A DNA stretch of 33,715 nucleotides from Paraglomus brasilianum (lineage: Eukaryota), in assembly GCA_910592345.1 (NCBI GenBank), contig CAJVPI010000354.1:1-33715 (forward strand), read 5' to 3'. Within the stretch, counting starts at the first letter, position 1. Each line of letters opens with the position of its first letter. The translations under genes were made by a program, and so were the position numbers. Below, one piece after another: positions 10,356 to 23,000 of the stretch. Below the pieces are notes generated by a model. That model was not told the origin of the DNA. It was given only the letters and a program-made list of their open reading frames with translations, and did not search any database.

Positions 10356-12996
10356 ATGTCGTTAGTTAAGGATATGCATAACCCAGCAATTGGCAACTTG
10401 GTTCAATCCTCCTTGGAAAGTGAAAATGAATATTTAAGACTTGAATGGATTCCTTGCTCGGAAATTTCCGACATAATGTCAACTCAAATTGACAACGTCT
10501 ACTACGCTAATTACTCTTACGGCAAGATAATACTGGTATTCCTTGAAGAATGTACGCCAATATTTGTGAGTGAGTTTGCAAGGATATACTCACTTCCAAC
10601 GTGCAAACACAACAATGACGTTAATCAGTTTAGACGATATTCCGTATGGCTTCAGGATCGTAACAAACTCATAAAAGGATTTACCGAGTATGACGGTAGT
10701 TATTACATGGTTGCCAATAACCTCTTTTACCATTGTTACTCTCGATATGGATTCTGCTCCGCATGTGGAATACTCCGATGCAGTCCCGTGTGGTGCATTT
10801 GCGGGCATAAACAATTATCCAATGGATGGACTAGCAACAATAGGCAACTCGACGAGTTTATTAAGAAATCTCAAGTACAAACAAATTCAGCAAACGATGC
10901 CTATTTGGAATGGATTCCACGTGATTGTATTGAAGATGAGGAAGATGGCGTATCATTATCTGGACTACCTACTATTGAATATATTAAGTTGACTCCGCTT
11001 GAGATAACAGACGAGACAGATGATTCATATTATGACAAGGTGATTATCAAGTACAAATATAGTATGTTTGTCTGTTGTTAAATAAATGTTGACTTATATA
11101 TAATTCCCACTAGTTGTGTGATGAGCATTCAGATATTCTTACCACGAATGTTTGGGTTACCATTGGATTCACATATAGAGGGGGAGAGTATTGTCTCATA
11201 AAACAGCGTAATGCTATTGGTTTATGTCTGGCGTGTGCAAGGCTATTAGATCCCAAGATAAATACATTTTGCTACTCATGTAAAGCGCCAGCACCTCTTG
11301 ATTGGACTACTGGCAACAAATCTTTGGATTCATTCATTATGGAATCATGGAGTAATACAAGGAATAAACATGATGCGTATATACAATGGATAGAATACTC
11401 TCTGTTAACAAATATACAAGAGATGACATCATTACGCCATGGATGCACGCATATAGCAGAATGGACAACAAATGAATCGACGAGAGTGATACTCAAAAAG
11501 ATAGTTGGCGAGGGGGATGATCAGTTATTTGATTTTCATCAGGTAAATTATTTCACGTGTAAAATGCAAATGGTATTTACTAACGTGTGTATCGCGTGTT
11601 TAACGACTGTATTTGTTTACTAAGCAGCTAACTAAGGAATATCCCGAAATGTTAACACCCGAGAATATTTGGATAATTGGGATTACTCAGAAGCCATCTA
11701 CTCAAACAGCTGTAGCGGTCCACGTAGTTGTGCCAATAAAGGACCCACCAAATCAGGTGCCATCTACTCGGGAATATTATTTACTTTTCTACCATGAAAT
11801 ACGTCCGATATTGGATAGGTTTATACAACTTAACAAAGATGTTCAGTATATGCAGTATGCTGACTTTTATGCACTAAAAGTGATTGGATGTGGTGGTTAT
11901 GGAACAGTCTATACTGCCAAATATAAAAATTATTCAAAAGTACAGCATATGGCAGAAACTGTTGTACTCAAACGGTTTAAGAGTTTTGATGAATCGCCGG
12001 AATTATTTATTTCCGAGGTAAGCAATAATTGGTAGTATTAATTAAAGTGATGTTTAATTTAACTCTGTATTTATTTTTATTTAATAGTTCATAAATCATG
12101 CCAAGTGTGCAAACAGTGATTGTTCTTATTTCCTTCAAATTTATGGAGTTACACAAGACCCAGGAACAAAAGAGTACATGATTGTTATGGAATATGCTAA
12201 CAATGGTAGTCTTTTGTCTTATTTGGATCAAAATATTAACGAATTGACGTGGATGGATAAATTACGGCGGTTGAGAAGCATCGCAAATTATCTGTATAAT
12301 ATTCATAACGTGGGTTTGGTGCATTGTGATCTTCATGGCGGAAACGTAGTTTTGCATGTTGATGATTATGGGCCAGACTCATTCATATGCGATCTTGGTC
12401 TTTCTCAATCGGTGAATTCACGTCAACAAAATTCATCCATTCGAGGCGTTTTACCTTTTATTGCACCAGAAGTCTTTCATACTAGCAAATTTACACAGAA
12501 ATCAGATATATATTCTTTTGGTATTATTATGTATTTGATTGCTACTGGTGAACCACCTTTTAGATATAGAGAATTTGATAGAGATTTAGTATGCAACATT
12601 ATGGGCGGACTACGACCATCGATGCCTGATTCCACACCAGAGGAATACAAGAAACTTGCCGAGCGGTGTTGTGATGCTGATCCTGATAAGCGTCCAGATG
12701 CAGAGACACTTCATAATGGTATTTACATGCTTAATTATGAAGGCACTTCTAACAGCAACGCGTGGAATACCATCTATTACAATGATGTAGAACCGTTATC
12801 ACGTCTTGAGAAGGAGAATAAATATTCTAGTAAGCGCCTACCTACTGGAGATTTTCCTAAACCAAGAAACAGTTGCAATTCAGTTGCAGGTAACTGTTCA
12901 CATGTTGATATTGAAAATAACATCATTTTGCTATATATACTAACGTCGTCGTCTATTATATCCTATCAATTAGTGACTCAAAATTTTGAACCATGA
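10356..12996 (+). CDS. Glomeromycotina-type TKL protein kinase with repeated degenerate N-terminal modules (5 exons)
   Basis: Exons 10356-11039, 11114-11542, 11628-12017, 12088-12889 and 12974-12996, GT-AG and in frame. Kinase motifs: GCGGYGTVY, VVLK, HCDLHGGN, DLGLS, GVLPFIAPE, SDIYSFG. The N-terminus has two CxxC..WT(S/T)xNxxLDxFI..(E/Q)WI units. Confidence 0.9.
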
Positions 12997-13539
12997 CTGG
13001 TATGTCAAAGGCAAGTCGAACAAAGTTTCGATGTAAAATAGAATTGATACTGATTTTATGGTAGTAATTCTGTACTAGCGAGCTTAAACATAAATAGTAT
13101 GTTTGCAATGGGAAATGTATTGTTCCTCTAATACTGTACAATAGTTAAAAAACCTGTCCGACTTACCCATACAATAAACAATAAGTTTCGAGTAACGGCA
13201 ATTCAATTTTTTCGTCAAGGTTAGGGTTAGGATGATGAAAACATAAACTTTTCGTCGTCACATAAGTATTTTTGTCCCAACCCCCAGCATTTGTGTAATG
13301 TAGACATTTCCCTACTTCTAATTATTTCCGAACGAAATATTCCTAAAATCGTTAATCTACCCTTGTACCAAGCTACGGATACCCGCTAAAGCATGATAAA
13401 GTGGTGACAGAGTTATTATATATATGACGCAGTAGGCATGTTATAAGTCACGTTTGCATGAACATATTTTGATTATCACGTTGAAAGATCAGAATCGTGG
13501 TCGTGCAAAAAAAAAACAGTAAAGGAAATTCCTCAAATT

Positions 13540-13740
13540 TTTCGTATCCTTTCTGAAATAACAATTTCCTGTTTTTGATACCCTACATCGAGAAGAAGGA
13601 TTCTTTTAAGTTCATCAATATTACGTCTTAAATTTGATATTTCAGCTTTAATCTCATAAATCTCAATATCACGCTTAATATTTCAACATCAGTATCTCTC
13701 CTACCCTTCTCTAATTTTTTGATTCTGTTCTCAAGCCCGG
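13540..13740 (-). pseudogene. Frameshifted coiled-coil coding relic
   Basis: Minus strand reads GLENRIKKLEKGRRDTDVE, then after a frameshift KRDIEIYEIKAEISNLRRNIDELKRILL. The pattern is heptad-like, with no start codon or exon context. Confidence 0.35.
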
Positions 13741-14894
13741 ATGTTATAATTAATAATATTTTGTACAAGATGGAAATTATTCAATGTTATGTGACAACTG
13801 CAAAGACCCACTTTATTAATCACAGATAAAAAAAATACAATTTACAAGACTGTTTTCATGTGTTATCCATTGTAATAGGTTTTACAAAGTTAGTCACATT
13901 TTTCGAAATGTTAAAAAAAATACCAAACCGTGCTGAAAAGCGATCAGATCATAAACTCGCCACTTTAACTTTAGCAACCCAGACGATGTTTAGGCCAAGA
14001 GCGTAGTTTTTACATATATATATATGAGAGTATGCGTTGCTTAACCTTTCCGATATTAAAAAATAAAATTTATCGAATTAATTATTAATATTAAAGTATG
14101 GATAACATCAGTAACAGTAGACAAAGAAAGCAAGGAAAAAATCAGTCACTTGAAGATAAAATAAACATTATTAAGAGAAAAAAAACCGTGTAAAGTATAT
14201 ACAAAATATAATTCGATGCTTAGATGAGTCTGTGGAAAGGCTAAACGCGAGGCGCCCGAACTTTATTAACCAAATTTACTTTATTCATATTTCACCTCAT
14301 TTATATCCCTAAAAATTCTCCGTCCCAAAATGGGGATATAAACGAGTAGCTTCCCTGTCGAGCAGGTATTTAAGTGGAGAAATCATCATCAGTGTTAAGT
14401 AGTAGGTTTGGCTGTATTTCCCATTGGTTCTTGAAGTTGTCGCTTTCTTGTTCCACTGCTTTAATGGCTTCAGAATCAGTTTGAGTCGACTTTGTTCAGC
14501 AGGAGTATAGTGGTATAAAGTATGGAGGATGAGCTTTTGGTGAATACAACTTTATATTAATATGGTGTAACATAAACGATTATAAATACGATTTGAGTTA
14601 ACATGAGAATCATAGTAAATTATTCCTCAAGTGGAGCATCATGCAAAAATTCTTTTCGAAATCGTGCTAAGAATGTTGATAATGACGCTCGAATACATCA
14701 GAATAAATATTAAAAAGTTGGTTATGACAAGACGTTAAAATATTTATTAAAGTATCAAAAAACCGGTAAAAAGTTTAAAGCAGATTTCCGCTAAATCGGA
14801 AAATCAAGCTGCTAAAATTTTGGTAGATCGAAAACGATTTCAAAGCGTTGACAAAAATGCAATATCTATTACTTATGACGTCATTTATTTAAAA

Positions 14895-14948
14895 CCCCAC
14901 CCCTTATGATATCGGTCCCGTGTGGTTGATATTAGAGAGGGTCGACTG
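14895..14948. mobile_element. Solo right TIR of a Tc1/pogo-type element
   Basis: ...GTTGATATTAGAGAGGGTCGACTG followed by TA (14949-14950). The reverse complement CAGTCGACCCTCTCTAATA is similar to the ends at 18509/18598 and 30866. Confidence 0.55.
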
Positions 14949-15615
14949 TACATGGAAACTTATTGAAAGAAATAAAAACGTGTCAGCAAAAAAATTTTTT
15001 TAAGACAATGAATGTCTGTCCTAATTGAATCTTCCAAGACTTTACTATCCCTATTTATTGGGTGAATGGTAGCCGATTTCATACAAAAGTAATGCATTTG
15101 TACATTCGCTTGTGGTGATATCATTGAGAGTCAACATCGCCCATAATGTGCTCAGCAAGGAAATATCCAACTTTTATTAACCATTGTATTTCCCTCTCCA
15201 AACGATCTTAAAAATTTTTTTATTGATAGCCCGATGATCACCTGCGCCCAATCCAAAAGGAGGTCACCATAATAGGACAAGGAACTCCGAATATTGCGTA
15301 CGCAAACTACGCAATCCTTCAGAATATAAAAAATACATATATGAATTTGTACTTGTAATTATTACATTCCCACTTTGAGCTAATAACCTATTATTTCATG
15401 CTTTTACTTTATCAACATACTCTGTAATAATCCCATACCCACTTTCTCAAAAAACCAAAGCAAAGGCGTGAAGACTAAAATACATAGCCATGCTATAATT
15501 CAATATATCTTTCCGAATAATTGGCTCATCCATAACATGACTCGAGCAAACTAGTAATTATGACGTAATATACTTTTTATATCTACTGCTTGTAATAGTG
15601 TAATCCCTTTTTTGT

Positions 15616-17094
15616 CTACTTCCTAACATTCCTTCGCCACGTTTGTGTGACACTGTACAACCATTCCCATGCATCCTCTTTCTTGATTTTCTTGCTCTCG
15701 TGTATATCCATCTTGCCTCCATACACATTGTCCCAGAATGCTTTCACCAATTCCTTTCCACGGATTCCGATTGCAAATAATACTACGTTCCAATAGGCTG
15801 ACCATAGATGTCCTTTTTTGATGGCTATTGGCAAGTCGCCGTGCCTTGAAGCTGAAATCTCTGCACGGACAAGATCCCGATCTGTAAGTAATATGGCATG
15901 GAGCAAATCGTACTCGTGTATTCGTACATGGTCGAAAAACATTTTTCGATCATCCTCCGGCGGTATGCCATATAAGCTGGCTACATTATTCGCAAGCCCG
16001 AGAAACGTTAAAACGCTTGTTGGGTTATTAAACAGTGCACTGATGGCAGACACACCAAGGTGCAACTGGGAAAAGAATGACAAAGCTACGGAAACCTGCA
16101 ACAGCTTGACATAGAAAGCTAACAGTCCCAATGTGATCAAGACAGGGCGACAAATCAGGGTATAAACTATTTTATATGCTCGACGAAACCGAGACTGCCA
16201 CTCTGGTTTATGAAAGTTAAATTTAACAATGTTTGTGAATGTTTCCAAGAATGGGGGGTCATGAAATTCGGTCACAAATCTTGCCGGATTTAGAAGATGT
16301 ATAAATAGGAAAAGAGAAAACGTTGCTGTCTTTTGTATTGCGATTACTAAATTTTCGACCGCCAATCCTTTGTTTAGAAAACTGTGCGCACTGAAAAATA
16401 TGACAACCTGTGCTAGTCCGACAAGTAAATATATGCATAAGAAAGCAAACTCGACAAATGCTCCTATTCCTGTGGCAGATCGGATATAGTCTTCGCGCGT
16501 TTTGGGCATTTGTATAGTAATGTCTTTTTCTGTGCTGTTTAATCCAATCGGACTAGGAACGAAGTTTATAGTGTTTACAAATTGTCTTGTAATGAACACT
16601 ACGTTTAGTGTTAATTGAGCCATTAATAAAACTAATTGTAGTTTAATGTCCATGCGATTCAGGGTAAGTGTAACCAAGTCCTGTGCCATTGCTTGGAGAT
16701 ACTTAACGCTGTCGGGCAATGGCGGGTGAAACATGCTCCACGGAATAGGTGTATGCCTGAATTTTTCCGTTAAATTCTTGTTTAGCTCTAAAAACTCTCC
16801 TCGCGCACGCCAATATTCTATTTGACTCTGTGAATCCTCAAGATTTTTGCATCTCGTGAGCCATGTGTTATAGGAAGTCCAAAAGGGTGTTAATGTGCGA
16901 TGGCATGAGGGATCGATGGAATCATCTCGAGAGGCGTTTTTGTAAATGGTCTCGAGCCTTGCATTGATTTGTTCTGGCGGAATGTCTTTTGCAAGTGGAG
17001 GTATAGCGTGACGCACTCGACTGTTGAAGCGAGCTAGTGGCGCTAAAACCCAGGGAAGGCGGATGTTATGACGCTTGCACCAGGACGAAAACAT
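15616..17094 (-). CDS. Intronless 492-aa multi-pass membrane protein of unknown function
   Basis: A long uninterrupted ORF in AT-rich DNA with several hydrophobic stretches (e.g. GIGAFVEFAFLCIYLLVGLAQVVIFF, PVLITLGLLAFYVKLLQVSVALSFF). A TATATATATAA-like element lies ~55-65 bp upstream. No family recognised. Confidence 0.75.
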   Translation of the reverse strand: MFSSWCKRHNIRLPWVLAPLARFNSRVRHAIPPLAKDIPPEQINARLETIYKNASRDDSIDPSCHRTLTPFWTSYNTWLTRCKNLEDSQSQIEYWRARGEFLELNKNLTEKFRHTPIPWSMFHPPLPDSVKYLQAMAQDLVTLTLNRMDIKLQLVLLMAQLTLNVVFITRQFVNTINFVPSPIGLNSTEKDITIQMPKTREDYIRSATGIGAFVEFAFLCIYLLVGLAQVVIFFSAHSFLNKGLAVENLVIAIQKTATFSLFLFIHLLNPARFVTEFHDPPFLETFTNIVKFNFHKPEWQSRFRRAYKIVYTLICRPVLITLGLLAFYVKLLQVSVALSFFSQLHLGVSAISALFNNPTSVLTFLGLANNVASLYGIPPEDDRKMFFDHVRIHEYDLLHAILLTDRDLVRAEISASRHGDLPIAIKKGHLWSAYWNVVLFAIGIRGKELVKAFWDNVYGGKMDIHESKKIKKEDAWEWLYSVTQTWRRNVRK

Positions 17095-18508
17095 TTATAT
17101 TCTTTAATAATGCGGTGTTTGATTATTTGTAGCTTCTTGTCTATCCCCATTATATATATATGATTGTTTCCCGCAGCTATTGATTTCTCGTTTTCAACCG
17201 CGAATACAATATAGCCAGAGCGTATGACGTATATCAGGAATCGGACAAAGAACCATTTATCGCATAAGTTGAATGGGACGATTTAAGCGAAATGCATTAA
17301 TAATAATAATACTTTCCCAAAAGGTAATACATTCATGGATTTTTAAAACCATGTCTGCGGTCATACTTCCTCATGTGGTAGTATCATGTGAGCCGCTGTA
17401 ATGCAATGAAATTATACTTACTCCCTTACAATAAACAGTTGAATACTTGCTACGGCAGGGTATGGCACAGCATGATTAATATTAATTACCACCGCGCCTA
17501 TCCAAGTGTTAAGTATAAATTCGACTAAAAAATAGCATTGAAGTAAAGATTGCTCTCTCATGCCGTAGTATTGAAGAGCAAGCCTTTGATGGTAAAATTG
17601 TCTTTGTATGATGAATGTATACAATAAACCGGAATAACATTAGTGCAGATATGACGTATGTGTATACGAAGGTGGATACGGGGTAAAATGAGTTTGTGTA
17701 TAAGTCTAAGTCATCTTAGTCAGCTGTGATAAATCGAGGGCCTCGCAAGGCATAAAATTATAGGCGATGATTTTGTTTGCAGTTTTCTTGTGAGGATAGA
17801 GTTATGCAAAGCAGGATACTTCTACGATTATGCTTTCGACTGCTAAAATTTAAGCAGGGAGTAGTGATGATACTGCGAATCTAAGAATCGCCAATAAATG
17901 ACAAACTGGGTATGTTTGATTACGCAACTACATACTAATACGTTTAAGTTAGTCCGAGTACCTCCCTTAGGGGGATAGGGTCACGAACTCGTGTAACAAA
18001 AATCACATAATCTTGCGAAGCTTATGTAAGTACTGTGCGTTTTTTCTATATATATTTTTTAGTTTCTTTTATAAACAGTCACATGTATATAGAAACATTT
18101 AGAACAACCATGTATTAGTAAAAATACAGTGTTACCGCAATTTTTTTGTAAGTTGTTTATTTGGTGTGCAATATGAATAAATTACATTATTTTGAAATAG
18201 GATAAAATTCGAAGAATACAAGTTGCCATAGTCAATTTATTTAAATACGTACCTTACAAACTATGGCCAATAATTGTGACCCGTGCCTAGTTAAAATTTA
18301 TGGGTATAAGCAAGAAAACATGGTTCGTCAAAATTTAACTAATGATGGTTGAGGAGTGAGTAATTTGAGCAGAACAGACTAAAAACGAGAATGTAAGAGG
18401 AGAGCGTATTTCAAATTGATTTTTCAATTATTATTGTGCTATTTGCTTATAGTTAATAGATAACGAATATTTTTGTAATCACGTTTTTTTGTGTAACACA
18501 CTATCGTA

Positions 18509-18598
18509 CAGTAAACGTCTTTATTATTATACCGATACGAGTGGCGCCGGCCATTTTTATCGGTATAACCAGTTTATCGGTATAAAGAGGTTTGACTG
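18509..18598. mobile_element. 90-bp Tc1/pogo-type MITE with TA TSD
   Basis: TA|CAGTAAACGTCTTTA ... TAAAGAGGTTTGACTG|TA, with internal inverted TATACCGAT/ATCGGTATA motifs. Confidence 0.75.
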
Positions 18599-18928
18599 TA
18601 CTTTCTAGCTAGATCTAATAGCAGTAACTCGGTGGTAAGTAGAAATATAAATGCAAAATATTAATGACGAAAAAGATCGCAGATAGAACATGTATGTATT
18701 TTAAAGGATCTCCGTTTAGTCAAAAACGTAACTCGTCTGGTTCTGATCGACTTGAAATCACTAAATTAGTTCGAGTCTTAAACAATGCCACATATTATCC
18801 TTTCCTCACAAGTAAACGCCAAGCAGTTATACTCGAATAAAGTGAATGGTCCACCAGATCGGTAAAACGTTCATGCGAACCGATGAATTTAAAGACTAGC
18901 CTGGAATCTAAAGAACGCGTATGTTACA

Positions 18929-19416
18929 CTATTTTGAACGTGCCCACATGCAACATGTCGCATCCAAGTATTCGCAAACGACTTTTGAAAAATATGACAA
19001 AAGCTGTTTCTCGGTATGTTTACTGGTTATATTATTCGCTGGAATTCGAAACTCGTCATTACGCGATTGCGAATATCCCATAAAGGGGCTGTGCTTATTG
19101 GGGTTGGTTTTCCCGTATTCTCTTGTGTCGGTAGTCTTCATCAAGCTATGCGGTATCGACAATTGCTGCCGGTAGAATTTTTTTGAGCACACTTTGCTCA
19201 TTCCTTCGCGGCTATCGTATTCGTTATGTCGTACAATTAAAGATAGTAACAAGGGGTTGCTTTGTGCATTCCATTCTTTCTCTGAACTAGTGAGCGTTAA
19301 TAGCAAATTGTCATCAGAAACCTGCTTTGTAAATCGGATATAATAATAGAGTTGGTGTAATGTGAATTCAGTGTTGATGAAATGCTTACCGCGTACCGAC
19401 CGCACCAGCGCAGCAT
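18929..19416 (-). CDS. Possible two-exon small orphan protein (~140 aa)
   Basis: ATG at 19416 gives MLRWCGRYA. A strong donor GTAAGC follows at 19389, and a CAG acceptor at 19322 joins in phase 0 to VSDDNLL...CCMWARSK*. No family recognised and the branch point is weak. Confidence 0.35.
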
Positions 19417-20024
19417 TGTAAAGTAGTTACAGTATAACCGCGGGTTTTCAACAATTTGAAATTAATAAATGTCAATGCAAATTGACAGCAGAAATAATGC
19501 GGTAGATTTTCTGCTCTGAAACTATTTTTGAACATTTGCGTCTTGATATGTTAGGGTAAATACGTTAACCAACCCATACTCAGGGAAATTGTAATTTCAT
19601 AACTTCAGTAATCAGAATCACAAATAATTAAAGTTATAAAGATATCTAATAAATGATAATGTACGCGATTTTCAACCTCCCTACAAGAAATTGTAAATGA
19701 CGCGAATGATCTAAGGAAATGTCAACATAAAGTTGCAGACCAGAAACTACAGAATACAAACACCGATAAGTAGTGCTTTTGAATGCATACAGAACGGTTT
19801 TTATTATGGTAAATTATAAAGTGTCGATTCAGTTTACCATTTATGGACAGAAAAATATTCCCACCACTTTGTATTATTGCTGCAACTAGTTAAACCATTT
19901 AATAGTACACTGGAAAGGATGGCCGCATCAATCTTAGTATATCGAGCTTGTAAATGAGTATTTATCTATCGATTATATACAGTATCTTCTTCTATAAGAT
20001 TTTGCATAATATTTGATGTATGAA

Positions 20025-23000
20025 TTATTGATATCCTGTTGCGCTAGGTTGAGTATAATCCCATGCACCGGTTGCTGCAGCTGTCGGGGCCGTGGGTGTT
20101 GTCGGTGGTTGTGCGTAAGGATAAGCATATGGATAGCCCTACAAAACGCATATTATCGATCAGGTATTCACGTAAACAACAACACTTTCACATCTGAACA
20201 AGACACAACACCCTTCCTCCTCCTTTACAATACCTCAAAACCAACCTGGGCAGCAGCACCAGTTGCAGGGTACGGCCATTGTCCCTGATAGTAAGGTGCT
20301 TGTGCTGCTGCCGCTGTCTGTGCAGCATAAGGTGCCGCTCCAGCAGAAGCTCCTGCTGCCGCCGCCGCCACTGCCCCACCCTCTCCATCTACTCGCATCA
20401 TCTTCATTGGTCGATCTATATCTTCATCTTCGGCTACTCTCTTCTTTCCATCTTGGGCTGCCCTAAGGGCAATTGGACTATTAAGATCCATTTCTACTTT
20501 GCTAATGGCTGATATAGACTGACTGCGTTCCGTTAAAAAGTCGAGATATCGTTGAGATATGTCCCGTATTGACTCTGGTGAAATTGTTGAATCACTACGA
20601 ATTTTCTCAAAGACTTCTGTAATCCTTTGCTCTGCCGGGTCGTCTGTCGAAGAAAGAAGCAGCAAACATTACAAACCGTTCGTGCGTGTAAACTATGCTT
20701 GCAACTAATAAGGTCTGTGAGCAGAGTCCAAGTGACAATACTTACCATTTTGGGCCAGTTCAAAATTTAGATAGTTTAACCAGAAATATTTACTACCAAG
20801 AAATTTGGTGGTTCCTTCTTGATATATTGTTCTTGCTTCTTCAACGGACTGTTTAGACTATGAAATAATCGTAAAGTGAGTATTATGTAATAATGTCATC
20901 CATTAATACAAGTATATCTATTTCATACTCACTCGCCACAGCATATTTGCATACTGTACGCTGATGAATGCAGCTGATCTTTCATCAGACAGAATATCCC
21001 CTTCAAGTGACTGCTTGAGAATATCGAGTGCAATTGAAGAATCGCCTGGATTCTGCCTTCTTTCGAAATTAGCATTTTTATAGATTACTTCTGCACATCC
21101 CGGTACTACCATAAATACAGACTAGATTAATATAAAAAGAGAAGTAATAGCGGCAGTTTTAGGTATCAAGCTGTCATGACTTACGGTTTTCTGTTAATTC
21201 CTTGTATATTTCTCGCGCTGCTTCAATTCTATTTTGCTCTTCTTCGAAAAGAGCAAATGACAAACGAATACTTGGACGGCTGCATGAAATAAATATCAAT
21301 GTAAGTAAACAAGTGTTATATCCGAGAATTATACAGTTGCCATCATGAGAGTGCTTGTAATCAATCGTACTTGACAGGGATGAATACGGTTATTGCTCTC
21401 GAAAATATATTTCGGGCTTCCTGGATTCTGTTTTTCGATAGCATCCATCGTGCATATCTCAACCAAAATTCATCGTATAGAGCCTGCAGATAATCGTGGT
21501 TAAGGGAGCAAGAAAGTTACTCGCGCGTTCTTTGTCTGGTTGCTCACCGTACATAACAGGCAGATATACTCACACATGCAACCAAGCAGCGCTCGTGCAA
21601 TACTTGAATACGTGTATCATCACCTTCTGACTCTTCAAAGTCGAGGTACCTACGCCAGTTTGTCAGCTGTAATTCATCCATTGGTTTTACATGGAAGTAC
21701 GGTCGTTTTATCTAATAAAGTAGACCGGGAAACATTAGTCTTGATCACGAGTAAGGGTCGTAACAATTGAATATAATTCATTGAATACTATTAGATGTTA
21801 TCTTTACCTCGTGTTCGAATGGCCATCGCTTGTTTGTTTCTGCTTGTGTTTTCATGTATATTTCCACATTCATATTATAAATACGCATTCTAATATCTTG
21901 TTGAATCTGTTCTTCTGTCTAAGTACGAAATGTCGTCGTCAATGCGAAATCTCTTATATATTATTTTCAAATTCAGGCATTTATCTACAAATCTCTAATA
22001 GCTCACCTTTTCAGCCGGTGAGCTTTGTTCTTCTTCGGCTCCCTCTGTAGATTGTGCTGCTGGCGCTGCTTTCGCCTCTGCTTCTAATTGTTGATATTGT
22101 TCTGGGGACACGAGTTCGGTCAGTGGCCGCGTTTGTGATAATTGTGAGTACCTAAATGATTAGCAAAGCATGCAATGTAAAATCGCACGTTAGTATGTCA
22201 TAGCAAATAGTGTAATACGTATGTCACCATGTTTGTATTATCGTACTTACTTGTCGAAAAACTTTGCATACTGATGCAATGGAATTCGAATAATACGCTC
22301 AAGGAGACTCAATACTCGATCGTGAGCATCTCTTGATTCTTCAAACTCAATATACTTATCCCAAAATATATGCGCAAGAAAGTCAAGTCCAACGCATGCA
22401 GCACCCCGTTCAAATAATCTAATCACAACAGACAACAATAACGTTCTACATGTTAATACTATAATCTCTCATTCAGAATATCAAAGAAAAGAATGATCTC
22501 TTTTCCAACAGTGAAAACTCATTGTCACAAACACAAATGCTATAACTTAGATTTATGATAGACCCGATATCCCAGATAAAGTGAATCAAAAGGGGAGAGA
22601 GAGAGTTGATAATATCGGATCACATTCTCCGTCGGATGCTGAAACTCTCATGTTAGTGTTGGGATGTTGGACCCAATTGATTACACAATTAAGTTTCCTG
22701 TATCTTGACTGTTCTTGGTGACACTTCTTCTGCTCTCTTGTGCAGCAGGAGAAGTGATCATATATATAAAGAGCAGCAACAGTAATAATACGATGACAAA
22801 TACAACGCCAATGCTGAAGAGAAAAAAAAAACAGCAAACAGAAAACAAAACAGAAATAGCAACAGAACAAATATCACAGAATGTGACCAACTAAACCACC
22901 ACTAGAAAAACTTCGCTGCGTTCCGTATCGACATTTATGATCTATCACTTCTCAAGTGTCTTTATACAATGTGTAAAGGAAAGGGTTTTGTAATTTTCGA

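Noticed and set aside
13219..13231. GGTTAGGGTTAGG telomere-like motif
   Set aside because: Only two units, so insufficient for an interstitial telomere call.
22912..22930. 12-nt match to 5.8S rRNA (GAACGCAGCGAA on the minus strand), suggesting a snoRNA guide
   Set aside because: It is the same sense as rRNA on the host-gene strand, has no adjacent CTGA box, and a 12-mer match to rRNA is expected by chance in a window this size.
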